The notes under the pieces: generated by a model
Told to the model about the DNA's origin: nothing
The model's database searches: none
The model's input: the letters and a program-made list of their open reading frames with translations, nothing else
Translations under genes and position numbers: made by a program
In this document: positions 47,101 through 59,202 of the stretch, piece after piece
Numbering within the stretch: the first letter of the stretch is position 1
How the letters are laid out: the number at the start of each line of letters is the position of its first letter
Origin: Amoebophrya sp. A120
Lineage: Eukaryota; Protista; Dinoflagellata
DNA: 64,000 bases
NCBI GenBank assembly: GCA_905178155.1
Contig: CAJINV010000007.1
Span: forward strand, 528,020 to 592,019
Direction: 5' to 3'

Positions 47101-50100
47101 CGACGACGAATAGTGCTGGCAATATTGCCAACATGACTAACGGAAATTTTGGAGGACCTATGGGTAGTACTAGTGGTGTCTCGCTCCACCTCGGGCCTGG
47201 TGCAACTACAGCGCAGGGAGCCCCGGCACTACAACTACATCAACATCCAGGTTTGACACCCACTACCAATTCCCCAGCGACCTTCGGGAGTAGTAACCAC
47301 TTGCAAGCGCAGCAGACGCAGCAGCGGCGGCTGTCCGGCCGGGGGAGCTTGATGGTGAAGGACGGGAAAGTTTTCAATGCGAGAGACAGAACCTTGTCGC
47401 TGGTTAATACTGGAGGTGCAAATCATGCCACGTCTATTGGCGCAAGAGCAACTTCTGGCGGACAAAATTTCAATGCAGAAATTATGACAAACCTGGGCAG
47501 CGCTTCCACGTCCCACTCCCGCCGCACATCGCGGGTCGCGATGGAGGGACTGACGGAAGACGGAGAAAGCGTCCGGTTTTTCGATTTGAAAAATCTCCCG
47601 GTGCGGTCGGATTCCGGGATTAGTTCGAGCAGTGGTGGCGGGGAAAATGAGGAGGAGGAAATCGATCAGGGTCATCATCTCGATCTGGGTGCAATTGTGG
47701 ATCAAATCAAGGAGAAAGAACAGGAAGATTTTTGCAAGTCTGAAGAAGATCCTCCTGCGCCTTCCGCGCCGGTGCAGATTCTGGTAAACTCGTCTATCAC
47801 TGGCACCGCTCCTCCGGTGCCTCCCGCGGCCGGGAACAAGCGTCGAACCTTGATGATGCCGACATTGTTGGATGTGGAAGAAGACGAAGAGGAAAGTCAG
47901 ACCGTTGAACACGAGGTGGAAAAAAATGATACTGCACCTCCTGCTGTTCTTGATCTTGACCAAAATGCCAACCCGTCCACGACAGAGAAACAGGACGGTG
48001 GGGGGACAGTGGCTGTTGCGGAACAAGATGGAATTGCAAGTGATCCCGCTGCACTCTCGTCAGAAGCTGCAACTAGTGCAGTTGGTCCGCCTTCTCAGAC
48101 AAACATTCAAAACCGGCCGCCCAGTATTCATGTGGAAAGACCACTGCAAACCGGGAACAATGTTCATTCAACATCCGAGAGCCCTTCAAACAATTCCGTG
48201 TCGGTAATCTCCCCTATGTCGAATTCCAATTCTATCAGCCTACCGCCGCCCTGTATCGTTCTCCACTCCCCCGGCGGGGCAAATTCGAATTTGAACGTCG
48301 CGAACACTGGTGGAATGGCGAAGAGTTTGGCCACTAGCATTGCGGAAGAGGCAGGTGGTGATAATGGAGAAGAGGAGAAAGACGCAGATGACCAAGGAGA
48401 ATACTACGACATCTTTGTCGGCCCCGCGGAGTCGCGGCTGCCGTCGAAGACGAGGATGGGTGCGGAGGAGGAAGATGAGAGCCCGGGGCAAGGCGTTTCG
48501 CCGTCTCTATTTCCCCGGCCGAGCATCGCAGTAATCAAGGCGCCGGAGGATGTGAAGAGGATCGAGCAAGAAAACGGCACGGCGCAACATGGAGGTAAAG
48601 ACACAACGTCGGAAAAGGAAGGCGAAGGAGAAAATAAATCCGCCAGCGGAAACACAATTACTGTGACAGGAATAGTAGATTCCCAGGGCGACGCTACTTC
48701 ATCCACCCCGATTCTTGCAGATGGAGCAAGCACAACTTCTACGGCGCTTGTCCCCGCCGCCCAGCATTTCCATTCCCGAGAGCGGCGGAACAGCTTCACG
48801 CCGAATCTAGGCGGAACTCTCGCTGGAACTCCAGGAGCCGGAACAAGCACCATGACAAACTTGACACCACTCGCCCAGCAGCAGCGGAATTCTCTCTTTC
48901 TCAGCCAGCAAATGATAAACCAGCAAAACCGCCCCAGCGTCGCACTGCAATTACCGGACCATATGAATGCAGCTTCGGTATCGAATGCAAAAATGTCTGG
49001 GTCTGGAAACTTGTGATGCAAGTCCGTGAACAATAAGTGCTCTGTAATGCGCCGCCAAGCATGACAAGTTTTTTCGTGCTTCTGTGATGCGTATTTCGCA
49101 TGAGAAACTGCGCTTTTGCATGACAGACCAGAGGACCTCTTGGTCGCCGCGCAATACAAAGTGCAGAGTCATGCCAGACTACCATGACAATCTTCCAGAC
49201 CCAGACATTTTTGCATTTGATATTCGGGGGGTATGAACAACTACATGCGGCGGCGAAGTTCCGTCACCGCGCAGCTGATGTTGGCGGAGTCCAGACGAAA
49301 TTCGAGACGGATTAGTGGGGTGTTGAACAGTGGTCCAGATGGGGCTGCTGCAGGCGGACAATCCGCGGCGCAGCAGTTTCTCTCTCCTCTCTCCTCCGAC
49401 TCCTTGCTGAACCTCCGGCGCCCGAGCAACTACGACACTCTGAAGAATTATTTTCAGCTATTACGATGAAAAATGCCCCCACCCCACACTTGGCAGCATT
49501 TGTATTGCAAACCGTTCCAATAGAAACATTTCCCGTCTTGCATATCTCAGCATCACAAATTTTCCATGCTGAATAGCTCGAATTTGTGTTGCCAAGGGGC
49601 CCTACAGCAGTCGGATCTGTTATGCAAAAGGCATCTTGCGCACCTAGCTTCTGCATCAGAAAGGCTCGCAATCCTTTCATGCAAGACGAAAAGCTTTCAT
49701 TTGGAAACTTTGCATGACAAACTTCTGCAAATTCCGGGATGGGGTGGCATTTTTCATTGTAATATCAGCAACGGGTGAGTTTTATGGCGAACTACGTGCC
49801 GTTCGATATCAAAAGGAAAAATCCCCCCTCCCCATATCAAAATGGAAATTTGTAATGCTGATTTGGGGTCACAAATCATCTTTGTCTTGCCTATAGGGCA
49901 ATAGGAGCCATGTGGCGCATTCCAAAGCCAATCTGCCATGCGCTTTCGGCTACTGCAAACCTGTTTGCCATGTGTACTTGCTAGCCTTCCGCATACCCAA
50001 ACAGGCTCAGAAAATGCCGCCAAGCACTTTCTGCAAGACAAACCTGATTTGTGTACTCAAATCCAGCATCAGAAACTTCGTTTTGATATGGGGAGGGGGG

Positions 50101-52475
50101 ATTTTTCCTCGCAATGTTCGAGCGGGATTTTTCCACCACCAGCAGTGCGGGCTTTTACGAGAACGGAGCGATGTATGAATTGCAAAAATGTCTGGGTCTG
50201 GAAGATTGGAACTTGTGATGCTACCTTTGGACTCTACATGAAGTCTGTATTGCATGAACAGCAAAAGAGGTGTAATTTGTGCTACGCGGAGAGGGCATTT
50301 ATCATGCGGTATGAGCATCACAAAGCCCTCGCAAAATCTCTGATGCTAGGGCATGCATCACAGACCTCATGGGGCATGCAAAATATGCATGACAAACTGC
50401 TGCACTCTTCCAGACCCAGACATTTTTGCAATCCATACGATGGTTGGTTCTGGTTTTTCTGGTGACCACCACCAACAGCAGCTTATCCTGGGCAAAAACG
50501 TCCCCACCCCATGGTGAAGTTGGTAAATCTGCAACGCAAACCTCCAAGTTTTGGGAGTTGTGCATGACAAGTTTCCATCTTCAGTGTTGTGCCAGTTAGC
50601 AAAGGAAGCCGCATGAGAAAGCCATTTTGTCATGCTCTTTCCAGCATTAAAAACACGATTAGAAATGCCTCTTATGGAGATGCGCATTACAGATGCTCCT
50701 GGCATTGCGCATTTGTATGACAACTCTGGGATGGGGACGTTTTTACATAGGATACAGCTTTCCATGTCGCAACAGGAACTGGAACTGCAGAGTTTGCTGC
50801 TTTCCGAAGATTTGGATGACAACGATCAGGACGACGACAACATTGGCCTAGATCTAAATGTATCAACTGCAAATAGGTCGCCTGGTAGTTCGGGATTAGT
50901 GCAGGAGTAGTTTGTCATGCAGGTTTTGGATGCCTGGCGAGGACTGGAATACTGGGTATAGCATCACAGGTAATAATCATGCAAGGGTTCTTTTGCAGTG
51001 CCAATGCGTATCCTGCATAAGAAATTGAAATACCGTTCCAACATGGCCAACAGTGGGCATCTTGTGCTACCCTCGCAAGGCAAATTTTTGTACTGATCTA
51101 CAGGACGCATGACAAGCTGCAGTTACTTCCCGAGGACCCAAGTGTATTTGCAATGCATAAAACGCCGCGCAAGAGGAACTCCACTGTGTTGGCGAGTGGC
51201 GGACGATCTACCTGCCGCAGCCGCTCGGGGCCGCGCATCGGGAATTTACGAAATACCCGAACACCCCGTTGAGTGTGTTATACGTGGACAACAGTAGTGG
51301 CTGTGAAAATGATATTACAGATACGTCAACCATAACGGCGACTTCCCCCGCGTGGCCCTACTTCCTGATCGGTCTACTTTCTCTCCCCGCGTTGCTGCGC
51401 GTGATACCCCCGAAATTAGAAACGCCAGAGTTGCTGAATTCTGGTTTGCCTGGGGGCGGCGGAAACGGGGAGCAACTTCTAGATCAGCAGAACAGCAGCC
51501 AGAACGTGCGGCGCGGCCGATTTTGCACGTTGCCGATTTTTACGCACAAGTGAAAATGCAAAAGGAAGATCAGTGTAAGGCCAATTTTTACGTGTGAAGT
51601 GGAGAGAAGCTGCTCCTTCGCGGCTTGACAAGTTGAGGGCGGTGTGTGAATGTGAATACTTTTCATGCAGCAAACACTATCTATGCTCCGAAGTAGAGAA
51701 CAAAAGAATGTAGAAGTACCGCAGTCAAAGTCATGCTGCAGTGCAAGGTCTGTGATTCTTATTCTTTTGAAGTACCTCCAACTCATCTGAGAAGTTGGCT
51801 GGTCGAGTGATCTTCATCTTTTTGCGATCCATAGCTCCGGGTGGCTTTCTCCTGACAGACGGCAGTTCCCACGTGGTGTTTTTCAGTCCAAGCAGTAATG
51901 CGATCTGTAAGGATCATCACACAGGCCCACGGAGTTCCTCGACCTCGCAGTCAGCTGTTGCCCCTCGTCACGGAGCTGCTGCCCCTGCGGCCTACCAGAA
52001 TTATTTCAAAAATAATTCCTCCAGCAAACATAGTAACACCACCAGTACAAGCTCTACTTCTGCCTCTGGAAATCTTAACGCGAGCAGGTCAACATCTTCA
52101 CGACAGCAGCAGCAGCTCATTCCCATTGCCGGTTCCGGAAAGCGGGGCTACCTAGACGGACCCCTGGAATTTAGCAAGCTTGACTGCCCCGCGGGCTTGT
52201 GTCAGGACCCGCACACGCAGCTCGTGTACGTGTGCGACAAAAACAACCATGTGATACGGCAGCTAGATTTCACCACCGGTTTGATCACAACTGTTTGCGG
52301 CAATGGGCAGCAAGGCAACGCAGACAGCTGCTACCGCATGTTTCAAAACCTGGACAACCCCAGTTCGGTGTCCTTCTCGGAGCCGCGGTTCCTCTTGATC
52401 AGTTGCAGTGACAATTCTGTGCGGAAATTTGATGTCCGGAGCGGCGTGCTGGAAACCGTGCTGATTGGCAGTTAA
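38112..52475 (+). CDS. Very large low-complexity protein with dispersed NHL-repeat (beta-propeller) segments; 17 introners
   Basis: GYKDGPLAKSLLHGVSGIAV..LFVLDTDNDALRKI; FSSPKGLV|QIRTILFVSDYWNNVIRSVNL; GYLDGPLEFSKLDCPAGL..VYVCDKNNHVIRQLD. The junction near 51550-51830 is unresolved. Confidence 0.7.
38226..38490. mobile_element. Family-A introner
   Basis: TSD GCCAG. Confidence 0.88.
38547..38808. mobile_element. Family-A introner
   Basis: TSD AATCA. Confidence 0.9.
38838..39121. mobile_element. Diverged family-B introner
   Basis: DR ACAAC/TCACC; frame restored. Confidence 0.7.
39324..39546. mobile_element. Family-F introner
   Basis: DR GGGTC/GGTTC. Confidence 0.85.
43002..43286. mobile_element. 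Family-B introner
   Basis: TSD ACGCT. Confidence 0.88.
43349..43673. mobile_element. Family-C introner
   Basis: TSD ATGGC. Confidence 0.9.
44436..44704. mobile_element. Diverged family-A introner
   Basis: TSD TGGTG; splits an NHL repeat. Confidence 0.85.
45087..45348. mobile_element. Family-B introner
   Basis: TSD GAGCT. Confidence 0.87.
45512..45777. mobile_element. Family-A introner
   Basis: DR ACTGT/ACTGC. Confidence 0.88.
46477..46797. mobile_element. Family-C introner
   Basis: TSD GGGTC. Confidence 0.88.
46896..47066. mobile_element. Family-E introner
   Basis: TSD AAATC. Confidence 0.9.
48979..49222. mobile_element. Family-A introner (reverse orientation relative to 2504)
   Basis: TSD TTCGG. 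Confidence 0.9.
49459..49764. mobile_element. Family-C-like introner
   Basis: TATTACGATGAAAAATGCC..GGCATTTTTCATTGTAATA; TSD TCAGC. Confidence 0.87.
49807..50116. mobile_element. Family-C introner
   Basis: TSD TTCGA. Confidence 0.87.
50174..50437. mobile_element. Family-A introner
   Basis: TSD CGATG. Confidence 0.9.
50484..50754. mobile_element. Family-B introner
   Basis: TSD CAGCT. Confidence 0.9.
50861..51159. mobile_element. Diverged A-like introner
   Basis: DR AAATG/AAACG; frame restored. Confidence 0.75.
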
Positions 52476-53557
52476 GGAAACGACCCTGAAATTTTTTTTA
52501 TCCCTGAATTCTTTTTTTTTTTGATTTGTTTCAAGTGTAACGACTTGTACTTTGGAATTTGGATTAGTGCGTTTGTAGTATTCGAAAAAGAAAAAGTTAA
52601 AATTTTCAAGTAAGTAAATAGATTATTTGCTAAAGTAGAAAGTAACCGAAGTTGGTCTTGGGATGATTTCTATTATTTTGGTATTTGTGCACCTTTGTCC
52701 ACCGGGAAAAATAAAAAATCAACATGGCCCCGGGTTCACAGGTTTTTGGAAAACAAGTCTATCACGACGTAGAGAGATAGATTCCGATCGGCTTGCAAAA
52801 AGCTGCATAACAAGATGAGACGGGGGGGATATGATGTAAGCCCTACCATAGGCAGGGTCGAAGATTTGATGTTAAGTAGTGCCACCTCCAGGCAACAAGA
52901 ATAAGACCAATCACCAGGATATAGTTGAAAGCAGCGAGGACCTCCCGGAATAAAGACAGGCGCCAACGGCGAATAATGCGCGCGCCGGAACTTGTTTACC
53001 TTTACGTCGTGTTCAGCTCAGGGGATTGGGTATTCCAAGAAAAATCACGACAGCAGGGAGACGTTGTCTCGGCGTCGCGGGTCGTCGGTAGGGGGGCAAA
53101 AGTAGAATTTCGGAAAGGAGCTGCACGAAAAACACCGGGAAAGTTTTTACAGGGGGAGCAGGATCATGTCGGGAGCTCGTTGTACTCAGGAGCAGAAATT
53201 TATTTTCGGTGTCGTGGTACCGATTCTAGATCTAGATCTAGTCCATGACAACAAGGATTGCACGTAGTAGATACTGCATGTCGGTTGTTTCGGTACTAAT
53301 TTCTTAAGTGGAGCGGTAATGTTTAGATCACGACTCTGTATTGAAAAGAACATGAAGAGCAACAGTGGACGAGATATCTTCATACCCTTGGTACGTCGAG
53401 CTCAATGAAAACAACAAGTGTGCAATTATAGTAGTAAGACGAAGATATACATATACTTGGTTTATTTTTGTATTTCATTTCCGTTTCCCCCAGCGCCAGC
53501 GCCGCCACGTGGTGCATTTCCGTCTCCACAAATAAGCCGCGTAAAGAAGCGCAGTAG

Positions 53558-55155
53558 ATGAAAATGACAACATCAGTGAACGACATCCAGCTCCTGTCCG
53601 GCGCAACGAAGGCAGATGGGCTAGAGGCAATCGCCCATTGCATATGGATTGCACATATGTCTGGGTCTGGGAGGATGCAAGGTTTGTCATGCTTGTCTGG
53701 CATGACTGAAGAGTTTGTGATGCATGTCCACGAAGAGACCCTCTTGCTTATCAAAACGCAGTTTTTCATGCGGAAAGCGCAACACTATCACTAAGCCGCG
53801 CAAAGATTTCTCATGCTTGGCTGTGCATTACAGAGAACTCGGATTCGCTACTTATTCACAAATCAGCATTACAAGTTTCAGACATATTTGCACTCGATAT
53901 TGCAGGATACACAACGACGAGCCGGTCGCGGTGTGGCGTGTGAATCCGGAGTATGCAAGAAAAAACTGTTTAAGAAGTGTAACTTTCTTGGAGGAATAGC
54001 ATTACTGCATGACACAGAAGACCTGTCATGCGCGGCTAGTATGTGAAAACACGCACGAAAAGAGCCTCTGACGCATGTCCAGCATGACAGGTGTAGAGTG
54101 TCTCGTATCGAGTCTCCAACTCAAAGTTACACTTACACAGTTTTTTCGATAAGGAGAGCCTTGACGTGAGGTGGAAGCAGAGCGCACCTCCTTGGCCGTG
54201 TTTTCCGTTGTTCGCCCCTTGTTTACCCCTTGTGTACATGGACAACAGGATCGAAAGGGGACATTTGCAGCACACGCTGTACATTCTGGGCAAGAAGAAC
54301 ATCTACAACTTCGTCTTCCCATACGACGTGGGGGCAAAGAAAGCGGGCTGCAACCGGTGTTGCTACACCTGTTGCTATCACGCCAAGACGGGCTACGAGC
54401 CTTTGCGCGTCATGCGGCCCGACGCTTGGGTAGAGAATGTGTGCCACCCCCGCTGCCATCATGTCGATGCCGTGTATCCAAGTAGAAAAAACCGTCTCAG
54501 TCGCGAATCGCTTTGCAGGAGCCTCAGCACTACAAATTCAGTCTCTAGTATGATGACAGCACTACACGTCGACCAAGAAGTCGCTGTGACGCGTCAGACT
54601 GATGAGAGAAAGCACGCACTTTCTAATCGCATAGGAAGCATGATAAATAAACGTCTCAGGGAATGTCCGCATCACAAGTTGACTAAGGCATTTTTTTGTC
54701 GCGATACCGTCAAAATCATGGCGCCGTTTGACTCATCGCTGAACCACCAGCGCGGTGAAAACAAGGGCCACAATGACGGATGGTTCGCGATGTATGTGTC
54801 TAATCCGGAGGAAACCTGCACGATGATCAACAACGCGCTTTACCTATGCTGTGCAAAAGTATCGTACTCGTATTGCAATCATGCATATACAAATCTTTTC
54901 CTTAAGGTAAATCAGCATTACATTTCGTATGCTGAAGAAATTTGTAATGCATTTATGCGAGTGCGATGCTTTTGCACTGCATATTACCTCGCCCGCCAGG
55001 AGGCAGTACAGACGCAGATGGAGACGCAGCCGCCTGCGGTTCCCGTTGGGAGCACGAAGGCCAAACTGCAGGAGTTCGCAGAAATGAGGGACATGGGCCT
55101 ACTTTCCATCCAGGAGTTTGAAGACAAGAAGGCCGAGCTCCTCAGAGAAATGTAG
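53558..55155 (+). CDS. SHOCT-domain protein (4 introners)
   Basis: C-terminal KAKLQEFAEMRDMGLLSIQEFEDKKAELL. Spliced AHC|RIHNDEPVAVWRVNPE|SLDVRW. Start uncertain. Confidence 0.7.
53643..53899. mobile_element. Family-A introner
   Basis: TSD TTGCA. Confidence 0.85.
53952..54151. mobile_element. F-like introner
   Basis: DR CGGAG/AGGAG. Confidence 0.75.
54475..54706. mobile_element. F-like introner, stop-free in frame
   Basis: DR CCGTG/CCGTC. Confidence 0.7.
54845..54983. mobile_element. Family-G introner, stop-free in frame
   Basis: TSD TTACC; homologous to 21698-21840. Confidence 0.85.
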
Positions 55156-55908
55156 AATCAGGTATCGAACTATTTCGAAGATAGAAGACAGGAGGTTATT
55201 TCGCTCGAAGTAAAAAGTAGAAATTCCATCGAGAATATTTGCTTAAGCGGAGGCTTTTCCGCGAACGAGTTTGTTGCAGTTCTTTGCTGCAACACGTAGA
55301 AGAGGTACGCTGAGACGAGTTTGCGTCAGAACCAAAATTTAGATGTTGTCTATAATTTTTGAGCAGATCATCAACTCAGCGTCAACGTACTTACCATCTT
55401 GAAAGAACACTCAAAATCATATCAAGCTCCTCAGTGTACTTAATGTTGAAGATCCAGATCCAGAAAAACACTTTACGATCTTCTTAATTCCGCGAAAAAT
55501 CTAAAGGAGCTATCGACGATAAAAGGTGTTGAAGAAATGATCACTTGTTTATTCTCGGAAGGAAAAGCAAATTCGACAATAGCTGGTAATTCCGAAGGAG
55601 ATCATTTTTTCGATTGACAGAATGGTACGAATACGACTACGACAACCTTAAATACAGATGGTATTTGCACGGAAAATGCGTTCAATCGCCATCGGCGCAA
55701 GCACCCATTCCCGTGATACAACATTTTTCGTGTTTCTTCTCTTCAAATAATTCTTGGCAGGCGAAAAACTAGATTAATGCGACCGGTTGCCAGATTCTAG
55801 CGACAGACGAAACTACTAGTTTATTGTGGTAAGTAGAGCTTGAGTTTTTGTTTTAGAAGTTTTACGCTTTGGTAAACGAAACACAACGGCGACCTAAATA
55901 CAGACAAA

Positions 55909-56440
55909 ATGGGGAACCCGCAGCGAGGCACGAAGAAAAAGAAGCAGAACAAGAAGGGGAAGACTTACAATGTGGTAAGAAAACAGCACGGGGGAAAGCC
56001 GAAAGACCATGATCAGGTAGAATTCTAAAGTTGAAGCTCGATGTAGTTGTTGCGCGAATTGCATCAGAATAATGAGGACCACTTTCGAAAAATTGCGTGA
56101 CAAAAATCTTCACTCTTTGTATTGCATGACAAAAATCTAAATCACTCTCACTCGAGTGTTGAAAGCGAAAGCTTTGTATTGCTTCATCACTATGAAACCC
56201 CAGGTTCACGCCAACTTAAAGCCGGAGAACCGGGCGAAGATAGAAACGGAAACCGCGAAGAACTGCGACGAAGATTTGCCAGGTTTGGGCAGGAATTACT
56301 GCATTTCCTGCGACCAGCATTTTGTCACGAAAGAAGCGCGAGACGCCCACTTCAAGTCAAAGGCGCACAAAAGGAGGCTAAAGGCAGTTCTATCCGACCC
56401 GCACACGCAGGCGGAGGCCGAAGAATTGGGGAAACATTAG
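55909..56440 (+). CDS. ZNF593: C2H2 zinc-finger ribosome biogenesis factor ZNF593/Bud20
   Basis: KDHDQ|VH..DEDLPGLGRNYCISCDQHF..HFKSKAHKRRLK..PHTQAEAE; GT-AG intron 56017-56203. Confidence 0.85.
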
Positions 56441-57420
56441 CAGAGCAGATTTGTGTATTAAGAAAGAAGTGCACAAACGTCAGTGAAGCACGTTTTTTTT
56501 ACAGACGCGGTTGTTATTGCGACCGAAGAAAAAAAAGCCTAAACTGGATTCCTGGAAAAATCTCTTTCCAGCAACCTGCGCGGGTCAATGTCCCTACTCT
56601 TGGCTTTGATTTCGCGCGGCGTTTAAGATGCAACAGCACGTGAACTACGTCTGTTCGATCGTCATTTGTGCAACAGATAATTCTTTTGTTGGTGTAGTGG
56701 AATTCCTGCAACAGACAATTCACGCTGGTGCGACTACTGGTCACTGGAAAAGAAAGGACTGATCTTGTACTTCAGGTGGCGATTTTCGAAGATGAAGATT
56801 AAAAAAGAGAAGTAGTACATAGATCCAATTATAAGTTTGTCTTCGTCCACCTCTTTGTGTTGTCGCTGGACGGCAGGCAAGATCTTTGAGTTGATGATGG
56901 CACAGGATCGCGGTTCGTTTTTGAGATCATGGTCGATTCGGGTTGGTGGACACAAAGGATGGTAGTCTGGACGGGCATATTGTAGCTAAAAGATTCTTCA
57001 ACTTCAACTTAGAGCCCGGTCACGCCGTGATGAAGATGGTGATGATGATGATCGTATTGAGATGGGAGCAGCTCAGCCGTATTCCGTCTCCGTAGCACTA
57101 TTCCTTCATTTTTGCGTTACGGTTACAGCCAAAACCATCAAACTAGTCGTGCGCCTACATCCACAGTCTAGCGCCTTTCTTTGGTTGACTCTCTCAATCG
57201 CGCTACCTCTCATCTAGTTCTAGTTCAGTAGACAGAAGAACTGATAGCACTTTCGAAGATTCTTTGTCGTCAATGTCTAGGTCAATACAGGCCTGTCGAA
57301 GACGCATTTATTCGACATTGTCACCACCTGCGAATACATGAGTACAACTTCTATGAAAACATAAACAAGCACCACTAGTACAATCGCATCCGCTCGTGAA
57401 TAAAACCAATCCGAGGAAAA

Positions 57421-58371
57421 ATGTCGGAGTGCCCCGTCTGCCTCGAAGATTACGACACGGCGGAGAACCAGCCGTTTCTGTGGCCCAGGTGTGGACACGG
57501 GGTGTGCCGTCAATGCCTGCATGAGATAAAACGAAGCCAGGGCTGGCTCTGGAGCTCCAGTCCCCCCTGCCCGACGTGCCGCCAAAACGACTTGCCCCCT
57601 TGCTTTAACCGGCAGCTGGCCGAGTTTTTGGAAGAGAAACAAGCTGCAAAGCATCAACACGTTGTTGACCAAAGAAGTGGCCCACCAGTGCCCGGTGATC
57701 GCCGAACTAATCGGTTAAGGGACGCCATGGAGCAGGCGTTCCGAAGCGCGGCGGCGTTGACGCTGTCGGAGCAGGAAATCGGAGAACTGGCGCAGGCATA
57801 CAGGCTTTGCCACCAGCTTGTCGACGTCTTGGGTTTCTGTTTTCTCCTTTCGAGCCTTCTGTTTTTGATTGCTCTCTTACAGATTCCGTTCAAGCACGAA
57901 TGGAACGAGGTCCCGACCCAACTGCAGATAGTGTACGAGAGCACGCTTTTCGAGAAGTGGGTCATCGGGGTTTCTCAAGGGAAAGACCTCATATGGCTTT
58001 TATTCTATGGCGTCAGGAATGTTGTGGTCTTCTTTTTCGAAAATTTTGTCCAGGTGCTCTACTTCGGATTCTTCTATGGCGTCAAGAATGCTGTCTTCTT
58101 TTTCGAAATTTTTTTCCGGGCGCTCTACTTCGGATTCTTCTACGGCGTCAGGAATGTTGTCTTCTTTTCCGAAATTTTTGTCCGGGTGCTCTGCGTTTAT
58201 CTCACGGGGAGCGATTTCTGTCCTTGCATAAAAGTCGCTTCATTTTCTATTCTTTTTTTGGATATCCATCGAGGTGGGTCCACCGTTACTAGAGGCAGGC
58301 TGACGTGGTGGGCCCTTCTGATGATCTGCCTCGGCAGCTTGAAATTGGCTGAATGGTCGGGACTTTTTTGA
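57421..58371 (+). CDS. RING (C3HC4) finger membrane protein, no introners
   Basis: CPVC..CGHGVCRQC..CPTC followed by hydrophobic segments. Confidence 0.8.
   Translation: MSECPVCLEDYDTAENQPFLWPRCGHGVCRQCLHEIKRSQGWLWSSSPPCPTCRQNDLPPCFNRQLAEFLEEKQAAKHQHVVDQRSGPPVPGDRRTNRLRDAMEQAFRSAAALTLSEQEIGELAQAYRLCHQLVDVLGFCFLLSSLLFLIALLQIPFKHEWNEVPTQLQIVYESTLFEKWVIGVSQGKDLIWLLFYGVRNVVVFFFENFVQVLYFGFFYGVKNAVFFFEIFFRALYFGFFYGVRNVVFFSEIFVRVLCVYLTGSDFCPCIKVASFSILFLDIHRGGSTVTRGRLTWWALLMICLGSLKLAEWSGLF
58003..58193 (+). repeat. ~3x 66-69-bp coding tandem repeat (FYGVRNVVFFFEIFVRVLYFGF)
   Basis: Units start at 58003, 58072 and 58138. Confidence 0.85.
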
Positions 58372-59202
58372 GTTCCATAAAGTGCACAAACATAAGAACA
58401 CGACTTTCTTCTACAGGCGCGGCTTCTATTGTGACCAAAAAAGATGAAAACGCTCTTTGCGATTTGGAACTGCTCGTGAGCGTGTGTTCGGTCGGCATTT
58501 TTAGCTGGTGTTGTGGAATGCGTAAACGAAATATTGGCACGGCCACGGCTCGCCACCGAAAAAAAAAGATCTTGTAGCGATTTTCCAAGATCAAAAGCAC
58601 ATGGATCCAAGTTAGGTCTGCCTTCTTTTTGTCGCTGGGAGTTGTACTATTTTTGAGCTGATCAACATGGCGCATGCAGCTCGCGGTCTTGGAGATCATG
58701 TTTTATTTGTGCTGGATGTTGGCGTTGGGCGAGGCGTTGTATTTAGCTGATTTTCTACCACAATATCCCGATGTCTTCAGCACCTTGATGATGTCGGCGT
58801 AGATGACACGAGCCTGGGTTTTTTAGATTGGCGTATATTCTTTTTTGCTTTGGTGCGTTTATTACATTGCGTTCTGCTCTACAATGCCAGGCAGCACAGA
58901 AAAAGCACATTATAGGCTGAGAAAGATCTCACTGGCTTCATCCAGTCAGACAGAGCTGATAACAAGTAGCCCAGTCGAGGGCGGAGTAGATCAGGTCATC
59001 GCCAAATGATCAATTTGAACCTGTACCGGCCCCCTCGCTGCTCGAACATAAAGACATTGAATCGACAATCGTCTCGCCTGCGAAGACTACACAGTGTTTT
59101 GAAAGGAGGTACAACTACACTTCTATCCAAATAAAGTGGTACCCGTTTCCGTCGTCAAATCGCACGACCCATCAGTCCCTGAAAACCAATCCTTAAAAAA
59201 GA

